This document shows positions 33,049-33,404 of a DNA stretch of 33,404 nucleotides, piece after piece. Source of the stretch: a virus (Duplodnaviria > Caudoviricetes); IMG/VR virus record IMGVR_UViG_3300023242_000078, positions 1 to 33,404 of that record; one strand, written 5' to 3'. Each line of letters starts with the position of its first letter. Position 1 is the stretch's first letter. A program made the translations under genes and the position numbers. The notes beneath the pieces are model-generated. The model was not told where the DNA came from. It was given only the letters and a program-made list of their open reading frames with translations, and made no database searches.

Positions 33049-33151
33049 TAGTTGTCTCCTGTTGTTGGGCCGCTTCCCAGCACTCTTTTAATAAGTCTTC
33101 GTAGCTGTCATACCCACCGTCTAATGAGGCAAACCATTGTTCAAATGTCAT
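33041..33151 (-). CDS. Small acidic protein (36 aa)
   Basis: Not in ORF track; MTFEQWFASLDGGYDSYEDLLKECWEAAQQQETTNV; overlaps both neighbours. Confidence 0.5.
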   Translation of the reverse strand: MTFEQWFASLDGGYDSYEDLLKECWEAAQQQETTNV

Positions 33152-33402
33152 TTAGGATACTCCGTTATTAATGTATCAAGTCTGTCGCGTATCGCCTGCT
33201 CAGTAGGTATATTCTCACAGCAAGCTAGTGTGGACTGCCGCCCTGTCATAACCCCGTGGCGCATACAAGCAGTGGGTTCTTCGTGCTCGTGATAGCACTC
33301 AACTGTAATTTCACAGCATCCTTCGTAGTGGACAATACTCACTGAACCGTGAACAACGTCGGTAGGTAAATCTGCTTTTAGCTTAAAATTAGGCCCGTGT
33401 CC
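33148..33402 (-). CDS. Tail-region protein, 5' end probably outside the window
   Basis: Frame is open to the window edge; ends PTEQAIRDRLDTLITEYPK, resembling fibre chaperones. Confidence 0.55.
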   Translation of the reverse strand, partial: GHGPNFKLKADLPTDVVHGSVSIVHYEGCCEITVECYHEHEEPTACMRHGVMTGRQSTLACCENIPTEQAIRDRLDTLITEYPK

Positions 33403-33404
33403 TA

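Larger units (their letters stand above)
1..33404. mobile_element. Tailed dsDNA bacteriophage genome (podovirus-like), large fragment, opened within the tail-fibre module
   Basis: Terminase, portal, scaffold, capsid, adaptor/nozzle, lysis and lambdoid recombination/replication genes; no host housekeeping genes; tail genes at both window ends on the same strand. Confidence 0.97.

Noticed and set aside
1-33404. Stop-codon reassignment, tRNA genes or prophage att sites
   Set aside because: Genes are intact in the standard code and use all three stops; I saw no tRNA cloverleaf, integrase or host flank.

Overview
This window is most of the genome of a small tailed dsDNA phage with podovirus-type morphogenesis: a P22/SU10-like portal and capsid, adaptor and nozzle, ejection proteins, and no tape measure or tail tube. 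Both ends fall inside the tail-fibre module, so the genome appears circularly permuted. On the minus strand, 23755 to 1 runs: YdaU/DUF1376-type replication initiator, NinB, NinG, an accessory pair of probable virion-delivered effector genes, TerS/TerL, adaptor/nozzle, ejection proteins, portal, scaffold, capsid, then tail genes interrupted by a GIY-YIG homing endonuclease. Also on the minus strand, 33404 to 28480 holds tail-fibre cassettes and the lysis genes (holin, M15 peptidase endolysin). A plus-strand early block (23868-28548) encodes an ERF-like annealing protein, an SSB-like protein, an Arc-like repressor and many small genes. I found no integrase, cI-type repressor, polymerase, tRNA or CRISPR array. 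The most notable signals are: (1) a locus upstream of terS with a 528-aa protein sharing an N-terminal module with an ejection protein, a small leaderless antisense gene, and a stand-alone ADP-ribosyltransferase-like gene, a candidate injected effector/immunity system; (2) a homing endonuclease inserted into the 5' end of a tail gene that supplies a replacement start; (3) a three-way-junction RNA before the replication initiator; (4) a perfect 16-bp palindrome caging a promoter -10 box next to the Arc-like gene; (5) recombination scars around tail-fibre cassettes. All family assignments are by motif recognition, not database search.
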